Positions 25,894-37,147 of a stretch of 64,000 nucleotides of DNA are shown one piece after another. This DNA comes from Mobula hypostoma (Eukaryota), in contig NC_086097.1 of NCBI RefSeq assembly GCF_963921235.1, positions 190,776,001 to 190,840,000 on the forward strand. Direction: 5' to 3'. Numbering within the stretch: the stretch's first letter is position 1; each line of letters opens with the position of its first letter. The notes beneath the pieces were generated by a model. That model was not told the origin of the DNA. It saw only the letters and a program-made list of their open reading frames with translations, and ran no database searches. A program made the position numbers and the translations under genes.

Positions 25894-26645
25894 ATAAGAC
25901 CATAGGACCATAGGACCATAAGTATAGGAGCAGAAGTAGTCCATTTGTCCTATCAAGTCTGCTCTGCCATTCAATTATGGGCTGGTCCAATTCTTCCAGT
26001 CATCCCCACTCCCCTGTTTTCACCCCATACCCCCTGATGCCCTGGCTAATCAAGGACCTATCTATCTCTGCATTAAATATACTCAATAACTTGGCCTCCA
26101 CAGCCGCTCTTGGCAACAAATTCTACAGATTTACCACCCTCTGACTAAAGTAATTTCTCTGCACCTCATTTCTAAAAGGACCTCCTTCAATCCTGAAGCT
26201 GTGCCCTCTTGTCCTAGAATACCCTACCATAGGAAAAAAAACTTTATCATATCTACTCTGTTCAGGCCTTTTAACATTCGGAATGTTTCTATGAGATTTC
26301 CCCCTCATTCTCCTGAACTCCAGAGTATAGAGCCCAAGAGCTGCCAGACGTTCCTCATACAGTAACCCTTTCATTCCTGGAATCATTCTCATGAATCTCC
26401 AATATCAGTAAATCCTTTCTAAAACAAGGAGCCCAAAACTGCACCCAATACTCCAAGTGTGGTTTCACAAGTGCCTTATGGAGCCTCAACATCACATCCC
26501 TGCTCTTATATTCTATACCTGTACCTCTAGAAATGAATGCCAACATTGCACTTGCCTTCTTCACAACCGATTCAACCTAGAGGTTAACCTTTAGGGTATC
26601 TTGCACAAGGACTCCCAAGTCCCTTTGCATCTCTGCATTTTGAAT
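25894..26645 (-). mobile_element. CR1 LINE 3' fragment
   Basis: Minus ORFs 26355-26564 (LVKPHLEYWVQFW) and 26123-26392; (CATAGGAC)n tail. Confidence 0.9.
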
Positions 26646-27029
26646 GGATTAACATTCATGGATCTGAATTAACTCACATATATATGTGAAGTTTTTGATA
26701 TTGCTTTGCCTCCTGATCTTGTTATTTAGGAAGTTTATTCTGAGAAATATACATGGAATTAATGTCCATCAGCAACCTGTGTCAAACAGAATCCAAAAAT
26801 TGAAATCCCTGCTACTCTGGTGAGGTAATGGGAACATATTCATTGCTAACTTTGTTAAAATGAAACAAGTCGTGGCATAGAGATAACACACTCGATGTCA
26901 CCTTAATGGTGAGAATTCAGTAGGAAACAGTAACAACAAATTTCTCTTGGTCTTTTAAATGTGAATAGAGATGCACTTACAAGGCACAAAGGGAAGGTAA
27001 GCTCAGTGAGTTGAAGGTTAAAGAATTGT

Positions 27030-27850
27030 GTAGTTAACATGTAAACCATACACACTGTATTTTAAAAGGATCTGTAGAAATATAGTTAGAAAATTAGCAG
27101 ATAAAGGTTGTTTTGACTAGAGCAAACTGTGGATTGGATTTCCTCAGGGGTCAATAGTAGGATCACTGCTTTTTTATATATATATTAATGACATCGACTT
27201 GGGAATAGATGCACAGAATCCATAACTGCAGATAACAGAAGGCATAATGAATAATGAGGGGGATGATAATAGATTTAAAGGAAATTATGAATAGTTGGTT
27301 GAATGGGTAGATACGTGGCAGATAATGTGAAATGTTATACATGGGGCAGAAGAATGCGAAGAGATAACACAAACTCAAGGGCACAATTCTGAGGGTTATA
27401 CAAAATGGTGATCTTCAGTATCAAATCTATTTTTAAGAAAGTGGCAATAGGCAGCTGGAAATGCATAACTGGATTGGGCAGAATTAATATAGATTTATGA
27501 AAAGGAAATGTGTTTGAAATGCCTGATGAGATTTTATGAGGATTTAATTAACAAAATTGATAAAGGAAACCACTTTATATGATAACTTTGGACTTCAAGA
27601 AGGCATTTTATAATGTCCCATACAATAATTTAATGAAAGTAAAGAGTTGATCATTGAAGATGATAGTCTGGTGTGGACTGAGAATTGATTACGGATAGAA
27701 AAAAGACAGTAGGAATAATTAGGCCATTTTCCTGTTTGGAGCTGTGACTAGTGGAAGTCTGCAGGGATTGGAGCATGGGCCAGCAATTCATAATATATAC
27801 CAATGCTTTAGCTGAGAGAAGTATGTAATGTATCAAAGCTTTAGTTTTGA
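27030..27850 (+). mobile_element. Highly decayed CR1 RT fragments
   Basis: Remnants of PQGS..G.LLF..YIND (~27140-27200) and LDFKKAF.NVP (~27588-27620). Confidence 0.55.
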
Positions 27851-28120
27851 TGTATTAGTTGGCAGTTTGGTGATGTGGACTCTGAGGAGATAAGTGACTG
27901 TAATGAACCTGATTATTCCTGTTAATAAGACGTTTCAAGTTGAACTACATATTCAGCAGGAGCCATATTAGGCTATGTGAAAATGAGTGGGACAGATGAT
28001 TGGAGTTTCAATGGAAGAGCATTTTGGGAACAACAATCATGGCTCCATAGTGCACGAGAGAGATTTGTGGGGCAGAAATGATAGGTGCTTGAACTTCTTT
28101 GCCAGTGAGATGATGGAAAC

Positions 28121-28547
28121 TGTCACCAGGTTCGGATATGGCCCAAGTGCGGAGTGAGAGACACTGAAGCAGGTCGATAGTTCATAGACTTTAATGCGAA
28201 CAGTGTTAAAGGGAAAATAAAACAATAAACGCCAGGCCAAACAGGGCCATTAACTAAAACTCTCAAAAGGAAAATGAAGCTTACATAGCGGCTGAAAAGA
28301 ACATCTAAACATTAAACGAATACCGCTAGTCTTCAGAGTCAGTTAATTTGAAAGTCCAGTATTTCAGGGAAGGCTGAATGCAAAACAGCAGCGATGCATT
28401 GCAATGCTCTGTCCAAGTCTCGGCAAGCACTACGACAACAAGTATGGAGTTAAATACTATCACGATTAAATAATAATTACCAGACAACTGCAAATTCACA
28501 AGCACAATTGCCGTATCTACTGTGCTGCCAAATCTGTGGTTGTGACA
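28121..28547 (-). mobile_element. Solo LTR (427 bp) inside an old CR1 3' end
   Basis: Termini TGTCAC...GTGACA; perfect 5-bp TSD GAAAC (28116-28120, 28548-28552); minus-strand ATTAAA near 28190. Confidence 0.85.
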
Positions 28548-29171
28548 GAAACAGATATGAGAGGAACATTTGGACAGGCTGTAGAGCATGTAAAGAATGG
28601 AGGAATATGAACTATGTGCAGGCAGATGGGATTGGTTTAAATTGGCATCATGGTCAGGACAGACATCATGGCTTGAAAGGCCTGTTCCTTTACTGTGCCT
28701 TCTGTGTGCCATGTTCTAATTAGAAAGACAAACAGTATGTTGATCTTGTATTGAAAGGACTGAGATGCATTACTTCAGTCATGCAGAAGTCTTTTGAGAG
28801 GGATTTTGAGATATTGTGCATAGGTTGGTCAACCTGTTGAGGCACTTGCTTATGATAGGAAAGTATCACCAGATTTGAAGGTTCACCAGATTGACTCTTG
28901 TTCTATGTTCATTCATTCATATTCCCCTATCCACTCCAATTATCCCATCAGCTTGATCCCTGATTTACCATTTAATTTCCTCGGTAATCCAGGCTTCACC
29001 ATATCAGAGGTATTCACTTTCTCCTGTCCACCCACCACCTCAACCCCTGTACAATGTTACTTATTCTCTTTCTCTGTTCTGATAGAGAATTTTTGACATG
29101 AATCTTCAATTCTGTTTCTCTTTCCCCTGCTTGACCTACAGAGTGTTTACAGTATTTTCTGTTTTTATAGA

Positions 29172-29867
29172 AAAGAACATAAGAAATAGGAGCAGGAGAA
29201 CCTGGCCCATTGAGCCTGCTCCGCCGTTCAATAAGATCGTGGCTGATCTTGCCATGGACTCATCTTCACCTACCTGCCTTTTCCCCATAACCCTTAATTC
29301 CCCTACTATGCAAGAATCTACCCAACTTTGTCTTAAATATATTTACTGAGGTGACCTTCACTGCTTCATCGGGCAGAGAATTCCACAGATTCACCGCTCT
29401 TTGAGAAAAGCAGATCCTCCCCATCTCCATCCTAAATCTACTCCCCAAAATCTTGAGGCTATATCCCCTAGATCTAGTCTCACCTACCAGTGGAAACAAT
29501 TTTTCTGCCTCTATCTTACCCATCCCTTTCATAATTTTATATGTTTCAATAAGATCTCCTGTCATTCTTCTGAATTCCAGTGAGTACAGTCCAAGACGAC
29601 TTAATCTCTCCACATAGTCTAATCCCTTCATCTCTGGAATCAACCTGGTGAACTTTCTCTGCACCACCTCCAAAGCCAGTATATCCTTCATTAAATAAGG
29701 AGACCAGAACTGTACACAGTTCTCCAGGTGTGGCCTCACCAGTACCCTGTACATTTGCAGCATAAACTCCCTGCTCTTATATTCAGTTCCTCTAGCAATG
29801 AAGGCCAACATTCTATTTGCCTCTTGATAGCCTGCTTCAGCTGCAAACCAACCTTTTGTGATTCATG
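29172..29867 (-). mobile_element. CR1 LINE 3' fragment
   Basis: ORF 29266-29811 with LVRPHLENCVQFW and RRMTGDLIETYK; related to 36385-37140. Confidence 0.9.
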
Positions 29868-29963
29868 TATCCACATTCTTTTGCTTTTCATGGTTCTTTA
29901 CTCTGTTGAGTTGACCAGGTGATCTCATAGGTGGTTTTAATTAAGGGGTCACAATCTTAATAT

Positions 29964-30243
29964 TCCTCTGAGGGGGCCACAACCTTATCATGGCTTGGAA
30001 GCTTGCATATCTCAATGATCCGGAGCCCTATGCCTTGGCTCTTGGTAGGGTCACTGATGCCAAACAAGTCAAAGCTTAGAGGCCAGACTAAGAGTAGTTC
30101 ATCGGTTTGAGAGTTCCACTCAGGGCTAACAACCCTGACTGTTCAAACAAAATTGTTGCAGAAACAGCAATGAAGTAAACCTTCAATGCTGCCCTAAATG
30201 TCAGCGGTGTAACAGGCTGTAAGTAAATAAGTAATTAAGTAAA
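29964..30243 (+). mobile_element. Bipartite non-autonomous RTE-derived element (5'UTR-like head joined to a 3' tail)
   Basis: Head CCACAACCTTATCATGG...CAATGATCC...GGTAGGGTCAC resembles RTE/Expander 5'UTRs. Tail GCCCTAAATGTCAGCGGTGTAACAGGCTG followed by (TAAG)n. Confidence 0.6.
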
Positions 30244-32264
30244 GCACAAAATTACCCATTCAGGTCAGCATAAAGAAAAGATTTCTTCATCCTGATAGTC
30301 ACGAAACTTTGAATATCGCAACTCAAGAAAGAATATTCAAAGGAGACATCAGAAATTTTTAAAAATATTAATATTTGGTGCAGGATAGTGGTCCTGAAGT
30401 AAAAGATCATCCATGATTTCATTGAATAGCAGAGTGAGGATGAGGGCACAACAGCCAACATCTGCTTTGTCTACGCTTTAAAGATGGATTTGTAGATTAA
30501 CAAGGAAATAGGAACCACAATGAATTTTAGAATACTATTTAATAAAGTACCCTTGTTAACTGAAGTTATGACAGTTGTTAATTATTTCTATTCAGTGACT
30601 AGCTGTGATTGCTAAATTAAAGCTTTAAGTGCCAAGGTAGCATTCTTATTACAGTAGCCTTATCAATAGAGAGAGACAATCTCCTTAGCAAACCATTTTG
30701 CAATGACATGAAGAGCAGTTACATACAGTATATGGTAGTATATAATGTTGATTAGTACCTCTTAAAATTATACTCTTCCATTCCACTCTTTAATTAGTGT
30801 CAGAATCAAACATTGGGTGGAATAGAAAAAGGGAGGCAGTATGGAGAAAATAGTTAAATTCAGATCTTCTACGCCAAAGAAATTCTTCTCATGTCCTTGA
30901 CATTTAGAAGACTGCAGGTATGCATGAACATTACAGATAAAGCAAAAATCATTCTGCTTCTGAATTTTTACAGTTATATTAGTTACATAGATATTAATAG
31001 AAAGCCAATTTTTGCTAATTACCACATAATCCTACAAAATGCTGTAGGTAAGTAAGTGTTGTTAACATCAAAACTTATAGCCTGCTAAGATTAAACCTCA
31101 TTGAAATGCTAAATTAAAAGTAGAAAGTAGTCTGCTGCTTTAAATATATGGTCAATGGTAGGCTATGGAGCAGATAATAACATCACATTTAACCTTCATA
31201 TCAAAGAATCATAATTATGTCAATAGTGAGACTCAAATAACTTGATCCCATGGTTGCATTTTGCTCTATAAGAATCTAGTGGACACAACTGAAAGATCAG
31301 TCGTACATTTAAAAAAGCTCAGAAGTACTCTGCTACTTTGCTATTCCACCGCTGGGGGGTGGATTTAACTGATCCCTTGTCATCTCTTCAAATCTAATTA
31401 TGTTCTTGGTAGTATGGACAAAATTAGGAATTGTTGAATTCTAATTTTCCTCAGTGGTCTGTTGCACAGTCAGAGTAAGCAGCCAGATGCCTATTCCTTC
31501 TTTTGATCATGTTATAGTATTGCACAACCTGAATTTTGCTGACAGTCTCTCATCTACATACGTCAGCGGCAGTACAATGGCTGGATGTAAGAATGGAAGA
31601 AGCTGGGCTGCTACAGGATGTGAACTGCTGCAGCAGCTTTAAGGTCCAAGGAAAGGTTGGAGGATGTTTAGCCAATTACAAAGAGCCATGTTGGGAAATA
31701 AAAAAAAACAAAGGTTTAGTGGCACAAGATTGATTTCTCTGATTGCTCGGACAAAGGATAGCTGGTTGGTTTGAAGGAGAGAGGATGAATAAGCCTGATG
31801 TAGGCAATTAGTAAATTCTCTTCTCAAAAGGAAACAGACCAGAAACTGTAGCGCAGGGTGGATAGTGAGCTTGTGAATCGAAGAAAAGCATAATGCAAGG
31901 AGGAAAGAGCAGTGAACTGCAAGGACATTGATAATGCTAAGCGATGTGTTAGGTGATAAAATCCTTTGGGTATACAGCACATAGACATACAACTTCATTG
32001 AATGAAAAACGTTTATGATTTATGAAGTGAACACAATGTTCCAGGTATGGTTCTCTTGTCCTCTACAGTTCCCATTTTCTTCACTTTTCAGAAAATTTCT
32101 GCCTTATTCTTCTTAGGTTGAAAGTGGATAACCTCACTGATCCCCATGCTCATTATTGCAGTTTTGGCTAATTATTTAATTTATCAGAGTCACTAAGAAA
32201 GTGACAAAAAGTTCATATAAATGTTTTAACAATGGGAGCTAATGTGACATCTGAGATCTATGAC

Positions 32265-33120
32265 ATAGAGTCATGGAGTCAGTCCACACACGAACAGTCC
32301 TTTCTGCCACCATACCTATGCTGGCCATTTTCCAGATATGATCCATAACCTTTTATACCTTGGTGTTTCAAGCGCTCATTTAGATACTTCTCAAGTGTTG
32401 TGAGAGTCAGATGTATCAGTATTACAGTGGAGCAAAGAGAATTACAGAGGTATGAGAGAGGAGAACCTAAGACCAGAAGACACAACCTCTGAAGAGAGGG
32501 GTGTTCTTTTAGAATGGAGATGAGGATGAATTTCTTTAACCTGAAAGTGTTGAATCTGTGGAATTCTTTGCCACAGGCAGCTGTGGAGGCAAAGTCTTTA
32601 TGTATATTTAAGGCAGAAGTTAATAGATTCTTGATTGGTCAGGGCATGAAGGAACACGAGGAAAGGCAGGAGATTGGGTCTGAGGTAAATTGGATCAGAC
32701 ATGATAAAATGGCGCAGCAGACTCGATGGGCCAGATGGCCTAATTCTGCTCCTATTTCTTTTGGTCTTACGGTCTTACCTGCCTCCACTACCTCTTAGGC
32801 AGCATGTTTCAGATTTAAACTATTCTTTGAATGATACATTCTTCCAAATATCCTCTCTAAATCTCTTGCATCACAGTCTAAATCTATGTCATTTAATTTT
32901 AGAGATGAAAGAAAAGTTTCCTACTCTTCATCCTTGCTATACCCTTCATAATTTTGTATATCTTTATCAGGATTTCCCTCAACATTACCTACTCCATAGA
33001 AAACAAACCCAACCAATTCAATCATAACTGAAACTGTCCTTCTCAGGCAATATCCAGTGATCCCTTCCATTTCCTTTCCAGTGCAAATGCATTTTTCCTA
33101 TAGTATTGTACTTCTCCCCA
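32265..33120. mobile_element. Cluster of CR1 3' fragments (minus 32265-32410, plus 32440-32780, minus 32780-33120)
   Basis: ORF 32514-32798 NFFNLKVLNLWNSLPQAAVEA; CR1 3'UTR motif GGCCTAATTCTGCTCCTAT. Confidence 0.7.
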
Positions 33121-33284
33121 GGATGATAATTTTGTCATGGCTGACACAATTAGTGTGTAGAATAATGGCAGACAGATATTCTCTAAATACGACATAATTT
33201 GCCTCATTGACACCTTAGCAATAGTGCTTCTCACACTGTTCTGCTTCCTGAAGCTTTTACAATTGAGCCATTCTGAAATATAAC

Positions 33285-34490
33285 AGTGCAAAAAGTAGTG
33301 GATACAGCCCAGTCCATCACTGATAAAGCCCTCCCCACCTCTGAGCCATCTACGTGGAGCGCTGTCACAGGAAAGCGGCTTCCATCATCAATGACCCCCA
33401 CCATCCAAAGTCATGCTTTCTTCTCACTGTTGTCATCAGGAAGGTGGTACAGGAGCTTCAGGACCCACATCTTCAGATTCAGGAACAGTTATTACCCCTC
33501 AACCATCAGGCTCTTGAACCAGAGGGGATAACTTCACTCACCCCAACACTGAAATATTCCCACAACCTATGCACTCACTTACAAAGACTCTTCATCTCGC
33601 GTTCTTGATATTTATTGCTTATTTATTATTATATTTATTACTTTTATTTTTTCCCAGCTCAAGCTCGTAACCTGAGATACTGGCATAGCCAAGCATGCTG
33701 ACTTGTCAATTGCTAGGATTTTTTGGACTATTCTGGTAGTGTTTTGTATTGTGGCTTTCTGAATACATAGATATTACTGTAGAGCCCTAATTGTTTTATG
33801 CTGCTGTGTAGTGCCTATGAGATGATATCAGTTGTAAATATTGCTATCAGGAATGCCTTGGTCATGTTCCAAAATCTTTCAGTTTCCTCTTTATTTCAGC
33901 ACATTTCTGGTGTTTTTCACTTACTGATTTATGTAAGTTATGTGTGCTTGGAATGGCTATATCTATCAAGTAAGCTGTTCTTGCTTGTTTATCCTGTATT
34001 TTTATATCTGGATGGTTATTATGGATTGTCGGATCAGTAATAGCTGATAGGTCATTATGTAATTTGTTGCATTCTGACTTTAAAACTGGAACAGCTTGTA
34101 TTTATGGTAAGGTGTGACTTCATTTATGAGCTTGTACTTTAAAGCAAGTTTTTGATGAATGATGTTTGCCACTTGATTGTGCTTGTGCAAGTAATCAAAC
34201 TGTGTCAAACTGCTGTAGGATCCTATAATGTGTTGGATTGTTCCTGTTTTTTCTTGACATTTTCTACATTTATCATCTTGAATGTTATTTTTTTCCTTCT
34301 TTTTGTATTCCTACAGTTTGTTGTCTTTTACATATTGGTCATTTGTCTGTCCTGTTAGGTATGCTTTTTCATTGAGTTTATTGTGTTTCTTGTAATTACT
34401 ATGGATGCCCACAAAAAATGAATCTCAGGATTGTATGTGGGGACATATATGTACTTTGATAATAAACTTACTTTGAATTTTGAACTTTGA
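33285..34490 (+). mobile_element. Rex1/Babar 3' fragment, split by a ~630-bp insert (33655-34284)
   Basis: QKVVDTAQSIT...HAFFSLLSSGRWYRSFRTHIFRFRNSYYPSTIRLLN; tail AATAAACTTACTTTGAATTTTGAACTTTGA. Confidence 0.8.
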
Positions 34491-35440
34491 AAATCCATTA
34501 TTAATTCATTTTGGTATCATACAGTTGTTTAATCCAAGTGCTCATCAAGTCGAATTGAACAAGTACATTATGGAGGTTTGCTCCTCGCATGCTATTACAG
34601 TGTTAAATATTCATGAAAAAAGGTAAAGTTTTCTCCAAATATCTCAATGTCTGTTTCCCATTTTTATTTGACTGTCTGCTTGGGTTGAGTTAAGAAATGG
34701 CAAGGGTAAAAGGACCCTGATGACAGTTATGTGCAAGCCTCCCAACAGCAGCTGGAATATGGACCATAGATTACAATGGGAAATAGAAAAGACATATCAA
34801 AAGAGCAATTTTATGATAGTCATGGGAGATTTTAAAATACAGGTCAGTTGGGAAAATCATGTTGGTAATAGATCTCAAGTGAATGAGTTTGTTGAATACT
34901 TACAAGATGGCTTTTTAGAGCAGTTTGTCATTGAGCCTATTAGGGGATCAGCTGTACGGGATTGGATGTTATGTAATGAACTGGAAGTGATTAGGGAGCT
35001 TAAGGTAAAAGAACACTTAGGAGTCAGTGATAACAATATGCTTAATTTCAACGCTAAATTTGTTAGCGAGGAAGGAAAGTGACAGAGCAGTGAAGTAACG
35101 GAAATTACAGAGAGAGGAGCCAGCCAAAGTAAATTGGAAGGAGCTGCTGGCAGGGATGACAGCAAAGCAGCAATGGTATGAGTTTCTGGGAAAAATGAGG
35201 AAAGTGCAGGATAGATGTATTCCAAAAACAAACAAATCCTCAAATGGCAAAACATTACAACCATGACAAGTGCAGTCAAAGCTAATGTAAAAGCAAAAGA
35301 GAGGGCATACAACAATGAAAAATTAGTGGTAAGACAGAGGATTGGGAAGCTATTAAAAACCTATTGAGAGCAACTAAAAGAACGATTGGGGGGAAAAGAT
35401 GAATTATGAAAGCGGATAGTAAAAGCTTTTTCAATTATGT

Positions 35441-36306
35441 TGTGATGAGAATACACATAAAATTAAGATGTTTGCTGGCCTGGGTTAGCATCAGTGACAT
35501 CAGCAAGTGGTCTGCCACCTGTCCTCAGGGGAAGGAGAGATAAGGAACAATGGAGCAGCGTCTGGAGATGTGTAATGAAGGGACGGGGGAGAGAGAGCTG
35601 TCTGGAGCGGCTCCCCCCTTTGAACCTTGAACTGTTTGAAGTGATGGACAGGCGATACCCCAGCAGGGGGATAAAAAGGGACAGGTTCGCTAAGGCAGCA
35701 CACACACGCCACCCAAGGTAACGAGACCCTGGAAGCGGTACGCTTCTCACGAGTCGGTGGGAAGTATCAGACAACGGCCAGGGTGGAAAGGTACGATCAG
35801 CGGGAACCCGGTGTGTGTCCGCCCTTGCCTGGGTGCCGGGTTCACTGCAGAGGATCGACCGCATCTGGAGGAGGAGGGGTCACAGTCGGTGACCTCAGGT
35901 GACATCACCAAGGACCCGCCCAAAAGCTGCTTGTGAGCCATCTCGCCGGTCTGTGAGTGAAGCCGTGTCTGAATGATCAGTTGTTCCTGTTCTCTCCGTC
36001 TCTCCCCCCACGTTGTCCATCGCTATGGCAACGATTACTGCAAACTGAACTACTAAACTGGACTGAACTTTGAGTCACTTTGAAATTTGGTCATTTACCC
36101 CTAGACAACGATAGAGCTTGATTGATGCTGTTATCTTAATTCTGTGCACATGTGTGTTTACCATCGCTGAACTGTTGTATTTATTATCCTTTCGATTACT
36201 GTGTTGCTTGTTTCTTTAATAAAACTTTCTTAGTTCTAGTACTCCAGACTCCAACTGAGTGATCCATTTCTGCTGGTTTGGCAACCCAGTTACGGGGTAC
36301 GTAACA
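35441..36306 (+). mobile_element. Solo LTR (866 bp, CpG-rich, young)
   Basis: Termini TGTGATG...CGTAACA; 4-bp TSD ATGT (35437-35440, 36307-36310); TATA-like GATAAAAAG at ~35670; AATAAA at ~36218. Confidence 0.85.
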
Positions 36307-36384
36307 ATGTACATAAGAAAGATGAGAGTGGATATAGGACTGCTCGAAAATGAGGCCAGAGAAATAATAATGGAGGAAAAGGAT

Positions 36385-37147
36385 ATTATTATTTAAATGG
36401 TGAAAGATTGCTGCATGTCGTTGTGCAGAGGGACTTGGAAATGCTTATTCATGAATCGCAAAAAGTTGGCTTTCAGGTACAACAGGTTATTAAGAAGGCA
36501 AATGGAATGTTGGCCTTTATTGCTAGAGGGATTGAATTCAAGAGCAGGGAGGTCACTGCTGCAACTATACAGGGTACTGGTGAGGCTGCGCCTGGAGTAC
36601 TGTGTGCAGATTTGGTCTGCATACTTGAGGAAGGATATACTGGCTTTGGAGGCAGAGCAGAGGAGGTTCACCAGGTTGATTCCAGGGATGAAGGGGTTAA
36701 CCTATGAGGAGAGATTGAGTAGCCTGAGACTATACTCTCTGGAGTTCAGAAGAATGAGAGGCGATCTTATAGAAACATACAAAATTTTGAAAGGGATAGA
36801 TAAGATAGAAGTAGGAAAGTTGTTTCCATTGGTAGGTGAGACTAGAACTAGGGGACATTGCCTCAAGATTCAGGGGAAAAGATTTAGGATGGAGATGAGG
36901 AGGAACTGTTTTTCCCAGAGAGTGGTGAATCTGTGGAATTCTATGCCCAGGGAAGCAGTTGAGACTTCCTCACTAAGTACATTTAAGATACAATTAGATA
37001 GGTTTTTACAGAGTAAGGGAATTAAGGGTTATGGGGAAAAGGCAGGTAGATGGAGCTGAGATGATCTTATTGAATGGCGGGGCAGGCTCGATGGGCTGGA
37101 TGGCCTACTCCTGCTCCTATTACTTATGTTCTTATGTTGTGTTCTTA
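36385..37147 (+). mobile_element. CR1 3' fragment nested in an older CR1
   Basis: ORF 36397-37059 LVRLRLEYCVQIW...RRMRGDLIETYK; (CTTATGTT)n tail. Confidence 0.9.

Larger units (their letters stand above)
22385..25895 (-). mobile_element. Old CR1 (end of ORF1 plus ORF2 endonuclease), hosting two SINEs and a younger CR1
   Basis: Minus motifs YDVVGITKSW (23638-23838), IIMGDFN, QFVFEPTRGTAILDRVLC (22573-22776); ORF1-end GLHLK at ~25790. Confidence 0.75.

Noticed and set aside
35463..35941. ORFs in the GC-rich segment as a host gene or CpG-island promoter
   Set aside because: They lie wholly within a TSD-flanked solo LTR and show no domain motifs.
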